From Amoebophrya sp. A120 (lineage: Eukaryota > Protista > Dinoflagellata), in NCBI GenBank assembly GCA_905178155.1, contig CAJINV010000011.1:2838485-2902484 (forward strand): DNA of 64,000 nt. Direction: 5' to 3'. Positions 12,535 through 25,500 of the stretch are shown here, in pieces. The notes below the pieces were generated by a model, which was not told the origin of the DNA, did no database searches, and saw only the letters and a program-made list of their open reading frames with translations. Numbering within the stretch: the first letter of the stretch is position 1; each line of letters begins with the position of its first letter. Both the position numbers and the translations under genes were made by a program.

Positions 12535-14407
12535 TCATATTTCCGCGAAAACCTTGTAGGGATTGAGAATTCCATTTGGATCCATGGTTTTCTTCAAACT
12601 CCGCATCAAATTTATCGCAGACGCGTTTTTTGAATACTGAATCGCATTCACTTTCATCAAGCCTATGCCGTGCTCCGCGCTGATGCTGCCATTGTATTTC
12701 TGCACCTCCGTCCACAGCCACGGCTCGAGCAAATCCTGGATCTTTGGGCTGAACTTCCTACTCGTCACGTTTAAATGGAGGTTCCCATCCCCCATGTGCC
12801 CGTACCCGACGATGCGGGTGGCTTGGTCGTGATTATCATTATTTCCGTCACGACCCTCAGTGCTGGACGATGTTGCAGTTCTTGCTGCGAACACACCGCC
12901 TTCGACTAATCTTTCCTCACACGCGCCCACGATTTTGTAGATGTCGGACAGGTTCGGCACGGAAACGTCATATTTGTAGGTGTAGCCATCGTGAACCAGC
13001 GCCTCGGCGATTCGTTCCCGCATCGCCCAGAAATCCTTTTGCTGCTGCTTCGACGCGGCAACGGAACCGTCGGTAATCATATCAAATGCAAATATGTCTG
13101 GGTCTGGAAAGGACGGGATTTGTGATGCTAGCTGTGGACCACTACCAGACAAAAATCTGTATTGCAAGAGAGGCGAAGGAGCCTCAGAGTCAGACTGTTG
13201 CCACCCGGAGTGGGCATTTCTCATGCAGTATAGGAATGAGCAAACCTTCGCGAAAGCCAAAGCTGTCATGCTAGAGCATGCATCACAGGCACCGGGAGCC
13301 ATGTACAATTTGCAGCATGACAAACCCCCTAAATCTTCCAGACGCAGACCCAGACATATAAATTTGCAATGCATAAATCAAATCGCTTGACGATTCCAAA
13401 AAGGATTCCAGCTTCTCCTGGTCATGCTCGCCGTTCCCGCCGCTGGTTTCGACCAGCACCGCGAAAAAGTTTTTGTCCTCTTGTGGGTCCTCCAAGCTTG
13501 TTGCTGGAAAAAACTCTGGCGGCTTCAATTTCAGATTCTCGCTTGTGACCTTCACGCACCGACTGTCGAAGAATTCGAACGCGGAGAGAATTTCCCCGAG
13601 CTGCTCGCGTGCTTTCTTGAACAACTCCACACAGTCGTTATAGGAGCGAGCGCAGCAGAGTAACACGTTCACATCGTTCGGCAGCACCGGGCACTGAAAC
13701 GCCGCTTTCGTGATCACCCCGAGCGTCCCCTCGGAGCCGATTAACAACTGTTTCAAGTCGATTCCCGTGTTGTCCTTTTTGTTTCGCGACAAAACATCCA
13801 CAATGGTCCCGTCCGCCTTCACGAACTCCAGACCGAGGCAAGAGCCGTGCAGGTTTCCGTACCGCAACAGCCGCAGCCCGCCGGCGTTCGTGGCCAGGTT
13901 GCCGCCCAATTGACAGCTGCCCTTCGCGCCCAGGTCGAGGGGGAAAAGAAGTTCTTTCTCATTCAACTCGGCGTTTGCCTGCTCGAGTATTTTTCCCGCC
14001 TCGAAGACCGCAACGCCCGCCTTTTCGTCGATCTTGATCGTCTTGTTCATTTTCTCCATAGAAAGCACCACTTCGTCGAATACGGGCACGGACCCGCCGA
14101 CGAGGCCCGTGTTCCCGCCCTGGGGGGTCACCGCGAGTTTCTGCGCGTTGCAGTGTTTCAGGATTTTGGAAACCTGTCGAGTGGAACCCGGCCGGATTAC
14201 ACACTTCGATTCGCCTTTTACAATCCCCAGCCAATCCTGGTTGTACTTCGTTAAGTCGTCGTTGTTTGCCGCCGTGAAAACGTTGGCCGCGCCGCAAATC
14301 TCCTGGAATCTTGCAATGTCGGGTGGCTTAAGCTCGTTGAAGAGGTTGCTCCGCTGCAGATTCGCAGGACGACCGAAACGACGGAGGGACGAACAACGGA
14401 GGAACAT
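12535..14407 (-). CDS. D2HGDH: D-2-hydroxyglutarate dehydrogenase (FAD-linked), 2 exons
   Basis: PQGGNTGLVGGSVPVFDE, DLGAKGSCQLGGNLATNAGG, GHMGDGNLHLN, GSISAEHGIG, DPNGILNPYK; junction SSDLITDG restored across the 13080-13375 element. Confidence 0.92.
13080..13375. mobile_element. TIR introner, family A, in D2HGDH
   Basis: tat...ata ends; direct repeat aatca at 13075-13079 and 13376-13380; no register gives a GT start or an AG end. Confidence 0.92.
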
Positions 14408-15500
14408 TTTCGGGTTATTTTTGGGTAGAAATGAAGACAAAGCTAGACGAACAAATAGTATCGCGCAGCTAAATCACAAGTGACACGATGACGATCTCAT
14501 GCTCAAGCTCATCCTGAAATTACTTGTGTATATTAAAAAAACTGTAGGCGGACCGCGGCAGCTAGAGGACTCAGTCTACAAACTTGTATGGGGACCGGCC
14601 AACATCAACGTCGTGGTTTTTTCTTTTTTACTTTATCTCGGTAAGCCTGGCTCGACAGAGCAACAATAACGACGAATGGCCTGCATAATGAGCATCAAGA
14701 TCGCTAAAGCTAAAAGTATGGCAACGCCGACAATGTGAGTACGTGCCGGGCAGTTGTGGGGGTTAGGATTTAGGACACAGGTTCAATTCACGACAATTGA
14801 CAGAAGACCACTTAGGCTGGTGGGTTCGGGTTGCTGATGTCGAGGTTTATGCGATGGGGATTTCTTATTTTCATCCAGTACAATACAAGCAAGACCAAAA
14901 GGAAACATCCACTCTGATTCAGAGTCGGATAGTAGTAGTACTGCCATACATGTCTACAAGGACCGAAAATTCTTCGAGTCGAACGACAAAAATTCTCTAG
15001 TAAGTATTCACGATGGGAAACGACCGCTGGTGATGAACATAAACTGATATCAGATACGGAAAACGTAGCCACGACGGATGCAGCGAAGGAGCCTGGCGAT
15101 TGTTATTTTTGTTTATTCTACTTTGGCACGAAAAATAGAAGCGAGTATTAGCATCGCTCGATCTATCATCTCGGAATCCTTGGAGCACTGTGCTCCGGAA
15201 TGGGGTAACCAAAAAGAAAACCACGATATTAGTGTTGGGTAGCGCATCCACTGAAGCGAAAAGATGTTCGGGAAAATGAAAATTTACATTTAGAACAGGA
15301 TGGGGATTCAACTGCTGAACTACTTACAGAAAAAAAAAACAGCTGATATGATACAAAAAAAGCAAAGACTGCAATTTCGAATCAATTTCGCGCAAATAAA
15401 CAGGCGACTCTGATATGAAAAAGGCGGGGATCATCTTCGGGGAAGATAGATCCATGGTCGGTCCAGGTCCAGGTCCTCTCCTGTCCAAACCAAACCACGA

Positions 15501-18500
15501 CTACAGATACTGCACCGCCGCCTTCGTGTCGGCGAGCACGCTGGCCATGGTTCTCCTGACCTCGTCGGAGATCACCCGGCGCAGGTACTTCTCGAAGTTT
15601 TCGTGCTGAGCCGCCTGTGCCGCTTTGGTGTTGACGTTCAGGGCGTGTTTCAAAGTTTCAATTTCCAACCGCGCCCGCGCGACGTCCTTTTCGATGGTGA
15701 GCATTTGCGTCGAGTTCACCGGCTCGCGTACCTGCATGGCGGCGCGCACCAAGTCGTCGATCACGATTTCGCCGCGGTTGTCCACGTCCAGGATGTTGAA
15801 AAGTTCCTCCTGTTTCGCCGTGGACCCAAACGCCTGAGCGACGTACTCCGCCGGGGCGTCGGCTAACTCCTCCCGGTTGATGGTACCGTTTCCGTCCTTA
15901 TCCGTGTCGTGGTACAGCTTCCGGACCATGTTATCGAGTGCAAATATGTCTGGGTCTGGAAGATTCGGGGCTTGTCATGCGCATTTTGCATGACCCGTGA
16001 GGTCTGTGATGCTGGTGCTAGCATCACAGATTTTTTGAGAGCTTCTTGATGCTAATTACGCATGAGAAATGCCCTTTCTGCGTGCCAAGAGCTGACTTCT
16101 CTTGCTGCTCATGCAACACAGACATTTTTAGAATCCGCAGACAGCATTACAAGTTCCACTCTTCCAGACCCAGACATATTTGCAATCCATACATGTCCAG
16201 GTTCCGCATTTTTTCCTCCTCGATCTTGATCATGGCTTCCTCCTCCATGTCGCGGGAAATCTCGACCACGTTGTCCACGATAATTGCGGTAACCAGGTAT
16301 GCTGTGCAAAAATATCGTACTCGTAGTAATTGCAATCATGCATGTCAAGCTAAATCCGCACTACAAATTTTATTTCTCATGCAGAGGAAATTTGTATATG
16401 CATCTATACGAGTAGGTACGATGCTTTTGCATTGCATACCAGGTTGAAGATCGCCATGTTGGTCAGCAAAATGAAGCACACGAAAAACAACCCCAGGGCT
16501 GGGGCGTCGTTCATCTATCAAGTGTAAAAGTGTCTGGGTCTGGAAGATTGCAACTTGTCATGGTAAATCTGAAGCATGCAAAAATCTGTGTTGCATGAGC
16601 GCCAAAAGCTGCACACTTTTGACCAAGTTGGAAGGGAGTTTCTCATGCAGGATAGGCATGACAGAGACCTCGCAGACTCTGTCATGCTACGCCCCGCATT
16701 CCAGACCTCATGGGGCATGGAAAATCTGCATGACAAGTCTACACTTTTCCAGACCCAGACATTTTTGCATTTGCTATCATCACCAGCCGCGCAATGTAGC
16801 CCCACTGTTCCAGCGTCATGATCTGGAACAGGGTGAAGAACGACCCGAGCAAAGTGCCGAAGTACTTCTTGACCTCGTGGTCTTGGAAGGTGTCCCCCTC
16901 CTCGCAACAGTCTTGCCCAATCAAGCGCGTGAGAAACATGCCGCACATGAACAGGGCGACGCCCAGCAACACGCCCGTCCAAAGCAGCGCCCGGAAACTG
17001 CCGATAATTCCCTTGGCTAACAGGACGAGCTCCCGCAGGAAACGGAACAAGCGAACCAGCCGCAGGACGCGCTGTGATAGATCAGATAAGGAGATGACCA
17101 TAAGATTCTTTATAGCGCTACCACTCGAAATTAAAATTATGAGAGAGCTCGCAAAGAAAATAAACTGAACAGCTTGTCTTCTACGCGATGGGACCAGTAG
17201 TATAGTACCAAAAAGAAGTTATTCTCATAATGAAAAAAAAAACATAAATCATACCACAAGCCTGAGCAATCGGAAGATCCGCAAGACCGTAACCGACCGC
17301 AAGTCGCTGTCTTCGTCGGCGGCCGCGAACCTCAGGACCCAGGTGTCCAAAACCCCGACCGTGACGAGGAGCAAGTCGAAGCAGTTCCAGATGTCTCGGT
17401 ACCACCCGCAGGGGGCGTAGCAAATGCGCAGGAATAACTCGAAAAGAAATATCACGTTGAAAAAGGAGTCCGAAATGAATATTGTGAGGAAAAATCCCCC
17501 CTCCCCATATCCAAAACGAAATTTGTGTTGCTGTATTTGAGTACACAAATCGACTTGTATTGCTAGAAGGCCAAGAGACGCAGCTGCTCCCTCGTTTGCA
17601 GGCAATTTGTCATGCTGTTTTCCGTTTCCAGTTGCTTTCTGTCATGCTAAAGGCGCAAGGCTTTCCAACGCCAGCCAGCACTACAATCCGCATCTCTTCC
17701 CTTCTAGCATGACAACATGATTTGTGGTCACAAATCATGCTACACAAATCTCCCTTTCGATATGGGGAGGGGGGATTTTTCATTTTCATAATGAACCAGC
17801 CGATGTCGTCCTCGTTTATGAAATGCAAAAGTGTCTGGGTCTGGAAACTTGTGATGCAAGTCAGTCAATAGGAACAAATGCACTGTAATGCGCCGCCAAG
17901 CATGACAAGTTGCTTCGTGCTTCTGTGCTGCGTATCCCGCATGAGAAACTGCGTTTTTGCATGACAGGCGAGAGAGGCTGTTTGTCACCACGCAACACAG
18001 ATTTAAGGGCCATGCCAGATCAGCATGACAAATCTCGCAATCTTCCAGACCCAGACATTTTTGCATTTGATATCGTTCGCCTCGGTCCGGTTGTCTGTCT
18101 CGATCGCTAACACCAGTGCATTATCCTGTGTAAAAACGCCCCCAAAACCCAGAATTGTCATGCAAATACGCAATGACAGGAACATTTGCAATGCGCATCT
18201 CCATGAGAGGCATTTCCAGTCGTGTTTTGCTGGCATTTGTAATGCTGTAAACAAGATGAGAAAGTGGCTTTCTCGTGCGGCTTTCCTTGCTAGCCAGCAC
18301 TACGCTGCAGATGGAAACTTGTCATGCAGAACTCCCGAAACTTGGGGATTTGTGTTGCAGACTTCCCATCTTGACTATGGTGATGTGGGGACGTTTTTAT
18401 TACATGTGATATGCATTCACCAAAATCATGCAGGCAAAGAAGATGTCCGCTTGCGGGCGGGAAATCCATTCCACGCATCCCTTTTCCAGGCCGAGCGTCA

Positions 18501-18690
18501 CGAGAACGCGGCGAATCGGGCCCTTGGCTCGCTCCGCCTTGAGCGCTTCCGCCAGCGCCTCCTTCTCTCGGCGGTTTGCCTCCACCCGAACGCGGATCTG
18601 GTCCAGATCCGTCACCGAAAGGCTTTTGGTCGGACCGCTGGTAATGCCACTCTCCTTCTTCTTCATCGCTGACCTGCCACCCATACCCAT
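15501..18690 (-). CDS. Single-domain (6-TM) voltage-gated Na+/Ca2+-type channel with C-terminal EF-hands, 8 exons
   Basis: S3 WNCFD, S4 LRIFRLLRLVRVLRLVRLFRFLREL, filter FQIMTLEQW, S6 FNLVTAIIVDN, EF-hand DTDKDGNGTINREEL; six introners plus one GT-AG intron (17072-17254). Confidence 0.88.
15932..16191. mobile_element. TIR introner, family A
   Basis: Direct repeat catgt; junction NLDMVRKL in frame. Confidence 0.9.
16298..16438. mobile_element. TIR introner, family B (gcaaaagtatcgtac core)
   Basis: Direct repeat ccagg; junction FNLVTAI in frame. Confidence 0.9.
16516..16776. mobile_element. TIR introner, family A
   Basis: Direct repeat tcatc; right end reads cta instead of ata; junction LVMNDAP in frame. 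Confidence 0.9.
17480..17790. mobile_element. TIR introner, family C (aaaaatcccccctccccatatc core)
   Basis: Direct repeat atgaa; junction GWFISDSF in frame. Confidence 0.9.
17817..18072. mobile_element. TIR introner, family A
   Basis: Direct repeat tcgtt; junction EANEDDIG in frame. Confidence 0.9.
18122..18411. mobile_element. TIR introner, family C-like (aaaaacgycccca core)
   Basis: Direct repeat tgcat; junction ILVNALVL in frame. Confidence 0.88.
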
Positions 18691-21158
18691 CTTGACAAAG
18701 CTGCTTTTGCCGCTAGGCAGCTGACGGAAAGACTATGACTATGAGTAACAAGCGCAAGAAGGGTCTTGAAAGAAGATGAAATTTGAATTTCGAAACGAAA
18801 TTTTAATCGATTTCGATTTTGTACAATAGTATAATACGGAGGTCGTGCTACGAAGTGTTAAATGGTGGCACCGGAAGGAATTTAGCCTTCAAAAACTAGA
18901 GGTACTAGGTCGTGGAGCCGATGCTTATTTATACCAACATGATGCCTCGCAGGAAAATCATGCGGCGCAGAAGTGTCGTTTGTACTTTGTGCCCACGAGA
19001 CGCGGCATGCACCATCTAGATCTACCTAATATGGAAAAATTATACGAAAAGGAAAACAAAAGGAAAGTTTGAAAATGTGTATTTCAGGGGGTGACCACTA
19101 CATGCAGAAGGAGCGTGAGAGTCCTGATTGCAATTTTTCGGTTGGAAACGCAAACGATTTCTATTTCTAGTTCTTCCAATTTGACACGACATACGAATGC
19201 CAAGGAGATTCAACCACTTGGACTTCTGACGATGGATGAATTGTCGTCACGGGTCTTTTTGTTTTTTTGTACGATGTCGCATTATTTTAATAGACCTGAA
19301 AGACTTTTCAGCATAATGCATCTCCAGACCTGGCCAGAAGATGACCGGCGGCGGCGTCAAATTCTTTTTCGTAGCGCGATAGGAATAGGATTATAATCTG
19401 CACGATAACGAATAAAACCAGACACAGTTGTAGTTGTACGAAGTACCAGCAGTAGCACAAGATGAAGGCGTCTGAAAAAGACAGAAAGAACGAACTCCTG
19501 CACAAACGTACGAAACAGAGCAAAGATAGCGTGGAGAACATTTCAGTGGGAGCTTCTGCTGCGCGCGCGGCTGTTACCGCGGGACAAAAATCAATTCTTG
19601 GGTATGTCGTCAAAGATGAACGAACAAAACCACTCAAGCGCCTTGGTGACAAGCCAACTCCAAGAACATGTGTGCGCTTATTTTGTAAATTATCCTCAGC
19701 AGCACGTTTCTTCATTCACAACAAGCTCCTGCGACAAATCAATACTATGTATTCTCAAAATTTTCCAAAGTAGATAATTATCCACTAGTAGTGTAGGTAG
19801 AGACGGCGCCAGAGGAAGAAGTACATCAAGAATATCACCAGCAACACGACCAGATTGCTTCCAAAGATTTCCATATGGGCAAGTAGAAACATATGACCTT
19901 CACATCGCCGTCAGGAAATCATACAAGCAGCCCTCTAGTAGGGTGGTGATCAGTTTTTTTCGTTTTCTTGGGAGAAGTGAACAGCCAAGTGGTGCGTCGT
20001 GGAGTTGCGCCGTTGGCTGGCCCCAGCATTCACAGCAAAAAAAAGTACAAATAACTGCAAGAACGCTGCAAAAAAAGTACAAATGAGGTAACTTTGCTGC
20101 GCGAGGTCCTCCAGCAGCTGGAGCTTCGTTCCCGCGCCCTAAGTAACGCTAACACTGCTCTTACTTTCATATCCTCGACTACAGTCAGTCCTAGGGATTA
20201 GGTGAAGAAAAAGAATACACAACGAAAAAAAAAAAAGTCGTGTAGCCCTCCTGGTTATCCAGGAGGAAGCGTAGCCATATTAACCTCGTAATGTTTTTCC
20301 GGTTTTTCCGCAGCTGGCGAGAACCTCGAGATAGTTACCAAAAAAAAGTTCTACCTTGTACTTGTAGACGAAGTGACATCCTACTTGTTCTTCATCAATA
20401 ACATGTTCATTTTTCTATGTCGCAGCATCAGTCTGGTTACGATTCATTTCACCGCACCAGAGTGCCGAACGAGCTGCCTCCAAAGTATGGAGGAGATCAT
20501 TGCTCTGCTATGCATATTGCTGTACGACCTCTTGAATGTAAAAATGTAAAAAAGAGAAACCACCACGACACCATCATAATATATTTGGCGTTTGATATCA
20601 GTTGTTGACCCATGGTATTTCAATTTTCTATGCGGAACATGAAGATATTGATATTGCAGGCGTGTGCATGTACATGTAGATGTACTACTAGCAACGCCCA
20701 TACAAGACAAGAGCTTTATTCAGCAGATGTCTTCCTCAGAGTGAGACGAATTGTCTTTATCGAAAAGAGTGAAATTTCATATTGGGCCTTTTCATTTGTC
20801 AGTACAACGTCAACAAGTAACAACTACAATTGAGATTCCCGATGCGGAGGCTCCGAACTTCGTACTTTCGCAGAGACTACGAGTACGACTGGATCCTTTG
20901 TCAGAGAGAATAATTTCTTTTGACTAATGGCGCCATGAATGGTATAGATACCATGTAATTGAAATTGTAATTTAAACTGATAAGTATCTCTATCTGTTGT
21001 AAGTCTATAGCTGCTATGATCCCTGTGTAAATTTTTTTCCCGTATTTCTAAGTTTTCCCAGAACCCCCGGTTCTTCAAAAATCGCGTCCTCTCGTCCCCC
21101 TGCCGTTGGAGGAACTTCCATAGCTGCCCACGTTAGAAGATCGATCTTCGCCGGTACT

Positions 21159-21426
21159 TATCAAATGTAAAAATGTCTGGGTCTCGTCTGGAAGATTTTT
21201 AGATTTGTCATGCACATTTTCCATGACCCATAATTTCTGTGATGCATGCCGTAGCATCACAGATTTTTAGAGCGCTTTCTGACGCCTCTACCGCATGACA
21301 AATGCCCTCTCCGCTTAGCCAAAATTGCATTCCCTTTGCTGGTCATACAGTACAGATTTTTTTGGAATCGAAATGCAGCATCACAAGTTCGGACTCTTCC
21401 AGACCCAGACACTTTTACATTTGATA
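21159..21426. mobile_element. TIR introner, family A (host exon uncertain)
   Basis: tatcaaatgtaaaaatgtctggg...cccagacacttttacatttgata; direct repeat gtact. Confidence 0.88.
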
Positions 21427-21468
21427 GTACTAAACTCGGAAGACGTGTGGGTACGCCAGGTGCCGGCC

Positions 21469-22376
21469 GCCTGCAAGCGCTATCATGAGTAGTGACACGA
21501 CGACCCTCGAGCTTGACGCTACGTTTTTGCCGATCATAAAAATTATGGCCCGGACAACTCGTGATTTGAAAAAGCGTTTTCTTTTTTTAATATAGCTACT
21601 TCGGCGATCCTTCTGCTACGCCTGAGGCAAATGGTTACTTTTGTTCCCCCTTGGGGTAGCTACTGATGAAGGTAGGTAAGCTAGCTATCTAATGAACTTG
21701 AAGAAGTTGCGACGGCCAAGAGTCATCACGATCGTCAGGAACAAACGGCGCCATCGCGCATCCGTTCCCCTAAGCATCGCCTTGCCAGATTTTGAGTGGT
21801 CGGAAGTAGATCGCGCCCTCATTACAAGTAAGCAAGTTGGAGGGACAAGCTCAATTTGAAGAATAGATTTGCAGTACAAGTTCGCGACGACTTGCCCTCC
21901 CGATGTGGGCTGGTCGGGGGCCCTATAGGGATATCCATATCCCTTACAGGGAACATAAAGGGATATATGGATTTTCGGGCGAGCGAAGGGCTGAGTCAGG
22001 GGATCAGTCAGGCGGATCATGATCCCCCCTGATGATCTCCTCAGAAACGCGGCAAGGAAAAATCAGCATAGCGCGCAGGCTAGCTTCAAAGGGGGGGATC
22101 GAAACAGGGGATCTCTATCCCTTCCAAATCGAGGCGGGTTTGAAGGGATCGCCAGGGGACATCATAGGGTGTGATCATAGGGTGGGGGGTGAACTATCCC
22201 CCCCCCCGGAGGGGTAAACCACCCCCCTGGAAGGAAAAATAGTCAAGACATGCACCATCCGGGAACGCGTCACACAGGCGCTATCATGAGTAGTGAAGCG
22301 TCAAGGCCTGCAAGCGCTATCATGAGTAGTGACACGACGACCCTCGAGCTTGACGCTACGTTTTTGCCGATCATAA
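21469..22376. mobile_element. 766-bp insertion (21540-22305) between identical 71-bp direct repeats
   Basis: gcctgcaagcgctatcatgag...gccgatcataa at 21469-21539 and 22306-22376; interior rich in G/C runs and gatc; no recognisable product. Confidence 0.6.
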
Positions 22377-22550
22377 TTAAATAAGTACAAATGCATATGC
22401 AGACATATTAGACAAAAATGGAATTTGTAATACCCTTAGGCCCCTTAAAATGCTATTGCTAGTAAAAGATACATGCTCGGCGAGGACCAAGTGCGAGTGC
22501 ATACTTACTAGAAGAAAAGAACAGGAGGAGGGACCACATCAGGGAGGAGG

Positions 22551-25500
22551 TCAAGATCTTGTCACTGATGATAAGCGCCGCTGGACGTTTGTTATCCTGA
22601 TTAAAAACGTCCCCACACCAGAGTCAAGATGGGAAATCTGCTAGACAAACCAACCAGCTTTGGTTGTTTGGCATGACAAGTTTGTCCTCGTAGTGTAGTC
22701 TGTTTTAGGTAGGTCAGCAGCATTACAGACCTAGCATAGCATGCTGATTCTCGCAACACAAATTCCAAAACACAAATAGAAAATGCTTCTCATAGGGCTC
22801 CGCATGAGAAACTTTTTATTTTTGGCATGCAGAATTGCATGACAACTCTGGGGTGGGGATGTTTTTGCACGGGATATTTATAACGCTCTCGTTATCGCTG
22901 TCGGACGAGAACACCTGGGCATCTGTGTGGTCCGGGTTTTCAACCGCTCGTCGCCGCCCGGCCTGGGCCTGTTCTACTTGTTGTTCAACATCAGATGGTG
23001 AAAACAGGTTGTCAATCCTTTCCTGCTCGGAAACAGCCCCGCCGTCATAATACGAGCTGCCCTCGCCGTACTCGAAAGACGATGAAAAGCTGCGGTTTGT
23101 AATTGTTTTTCCCGTTGCAGCTCCTACAGTTTCTGGAGGTTGACGCGTTGGCACAGCAGGAGCAGCAGCAGGGACGACAGGAGCTGAAAGAACACCACGA
23201 AGTCCTGAAGCTTTCTTGTCCACCACGTCTTGGTCGCCACCAGCTCCGTCCTGGTCCTGCCCAGCACTGGAGGTAGTTGTGGCTGTCGTGCTGTTAGCCA
23301 TGGAATTCGTCATCGTCGAGTTAACCCGTTGTACTTCGTCTCTGTCTTTCGGAGGTGGATGAAGGTGTTGCTGTGCTCGCTCGTCAACTAGACGATAGCG
23401 GTCATCTTGTTGTATCTTGACGCCCGGCGACGCAAGACGCTTGCCACTGTTGCCAAACGACCCGCCGGCACGGCCCAGCACTGCTTGTTCCCCATGGTTC
23501 AGCTGCTGCGCAAAAGACATCAGGCTAGAGGCGCCGGACCGAGAACTCTGCGAACGGCTCAACGAGTTAGTACTAGGGTCCACGCTGGACGAGAGGGAGT
23601 CCCTGGCAGACATGTCATTGAAAAAAGAGTACCGGTTCTGCTCTTGTTGAGAGGTTGACGTGCTGTATGTTGTGCTGTGCGTTCTACTGTTCCGCGCTAG
23701 CGCAGCTAACTCATGACTCATTCTCATTTGCTGCAGAGTCGCACAAAAATCGCTGCTTCCTGCGGGAGACGTGAACCGCTGCGGATCTGGATCTAGTTCT
23801 GCGCCGACGACGCCCTCCTGTTCGGGCGGCGACACAGCCGCTGCCCTGGAAGTCGATGAAGATGCTGGCGCACCACGTCCTCCCCTGCCGCTCCGGAGAA
23901 GGTCCGGCGCGGGCGCTGTTCTTTTTCGGTCGCTTGCTTTATTCTTGGTGCTGCCTAGTATCAGTTGCTTCACCCGATCGTGCTGGACTGGGGGAACGTC
24001 GATGCCATCGTCGTCCCTAGAGCTAAAGGAAGCTTCGGCACCAGTGCTGGAATTAGAAGGCGAGTAGTTAACGTCCTCTAAACGAGCACTCGCACTCGCT
24101 TCCGCACCGGCAGTGCGAGCGGCCATCGAGGCGGGCGGAGATTTAATATTCCGCCATGATTCAGCACCACCTAAGCGCGGCACAGCAGTCTCAGCAGGAC
24201 CATGATCCTGTAGTTGATCGCAGCTGCTGGTGCACCAGCTTGTTCTTTTGCTTGACGACAAATTTGTCCCGTCCACCGATCTTCCCTCAGTGCAAGATGA
24301 AACGTCCCCCGCCCAGCGCTCGCTGGAACAACTGCTTTTACTGTGGCTGGCACAACGTCGGTCGTGTTCGTCGTCAACGGTTCGGATGTGAAGAACTCGA
24401 TGCAGATGGTGTTCGTGCACGTCGACCTCAGCGGGTTGTTCACGATTGGTCACGGTGCCACTGCAGCTCAAGGTTTTTTCTTTTTGTTCTTCGAAGCCAA
24501 TAATATGCATCGCAAATAACAATCCGGGTCTGATTGAGCATGAACAATCTGCGTCGGATGAAGACAAAGTTCTGCAACACTTTGTCAGAGAACCCAGATC
24601 GATATTTGCAATGCATAGCCAGCTTGTTCCATTCTGTCGCACGCCGTAGCTGGTCCTCCTCCTCGTTGATCGTCCAGCGGTCGAGAAGCTGCAGCTGCGC
24701 CATTCAATGATTCATCTCCTTTCATCTTGTTTGGAGGGGACGAGGACCTCCGCGTACTCCTGGCGCAGTCGGTGCTGAGCTGAAGCTGTTGATGCACTGT
24801 CGTGGCACCGACGTGCCCATCACACCACTCGCTGCTCTGTGCCAGTTGCCGCACCACCTCGCGGAGGGGAACCGAGGTCATTAAGCGAGCAGGCCGAGTT
24901 TGGTCATGATGATCTCGTCCGGGAGGTTCTGTGGCCGCGGAGGCAGCAGCACCTCCAGCAGCAGAGGTTTTATAGGCTGGTTGCTGTGGCTGCACTACCT
25001 TTCGTAGATCCTCTCCGCGTAACACCCTTGCGGCCGCGTCAGCTTCTGCTGGGTCACGACAATTCGTTCGGTGATGATCGCGAAACAGCTCGTGTAGAAT
25101 CTTGGACTGTTGACTCTCCGTGGCCTGGCTAACGCTGTCCCTACCATCGCCGACATTGTCGTATTGCACCGCTAATGTGAATATGCATGGCAAATATGTC
25201 TACGCCGTCTTGAAGATTGCAAGATTTGCTATGCTTGTCTGTTAACATGAATGCCTCTCCTACTGAGCTCTGTGACAAATGAGAGACGCGTATTAAATGC
25301 GAGAAAGACCTTAGCTTCACAGACTTGCATCACAACTTTATTTTTCCAGGAGGCCCGGACATATCTACCTTCATAGAACTCGACGACAGGCGGTCGTCTG
25401 CCCTGCTTGTCGTGCCCCCGGGGCTGTGCGGACAATGTTGAGTTTGTTCCCGGTCGCGCTCTACGGGAGCACCTCCTCCACATCCGGACACGTGAAGCTT

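Noticed and set aside
21655-21710. CTGATGA followed by a short stem, resembling a hammerhead ribozyme core
   Set aside because: The stem is not followed directly by GAAA and I found no stems I and III.
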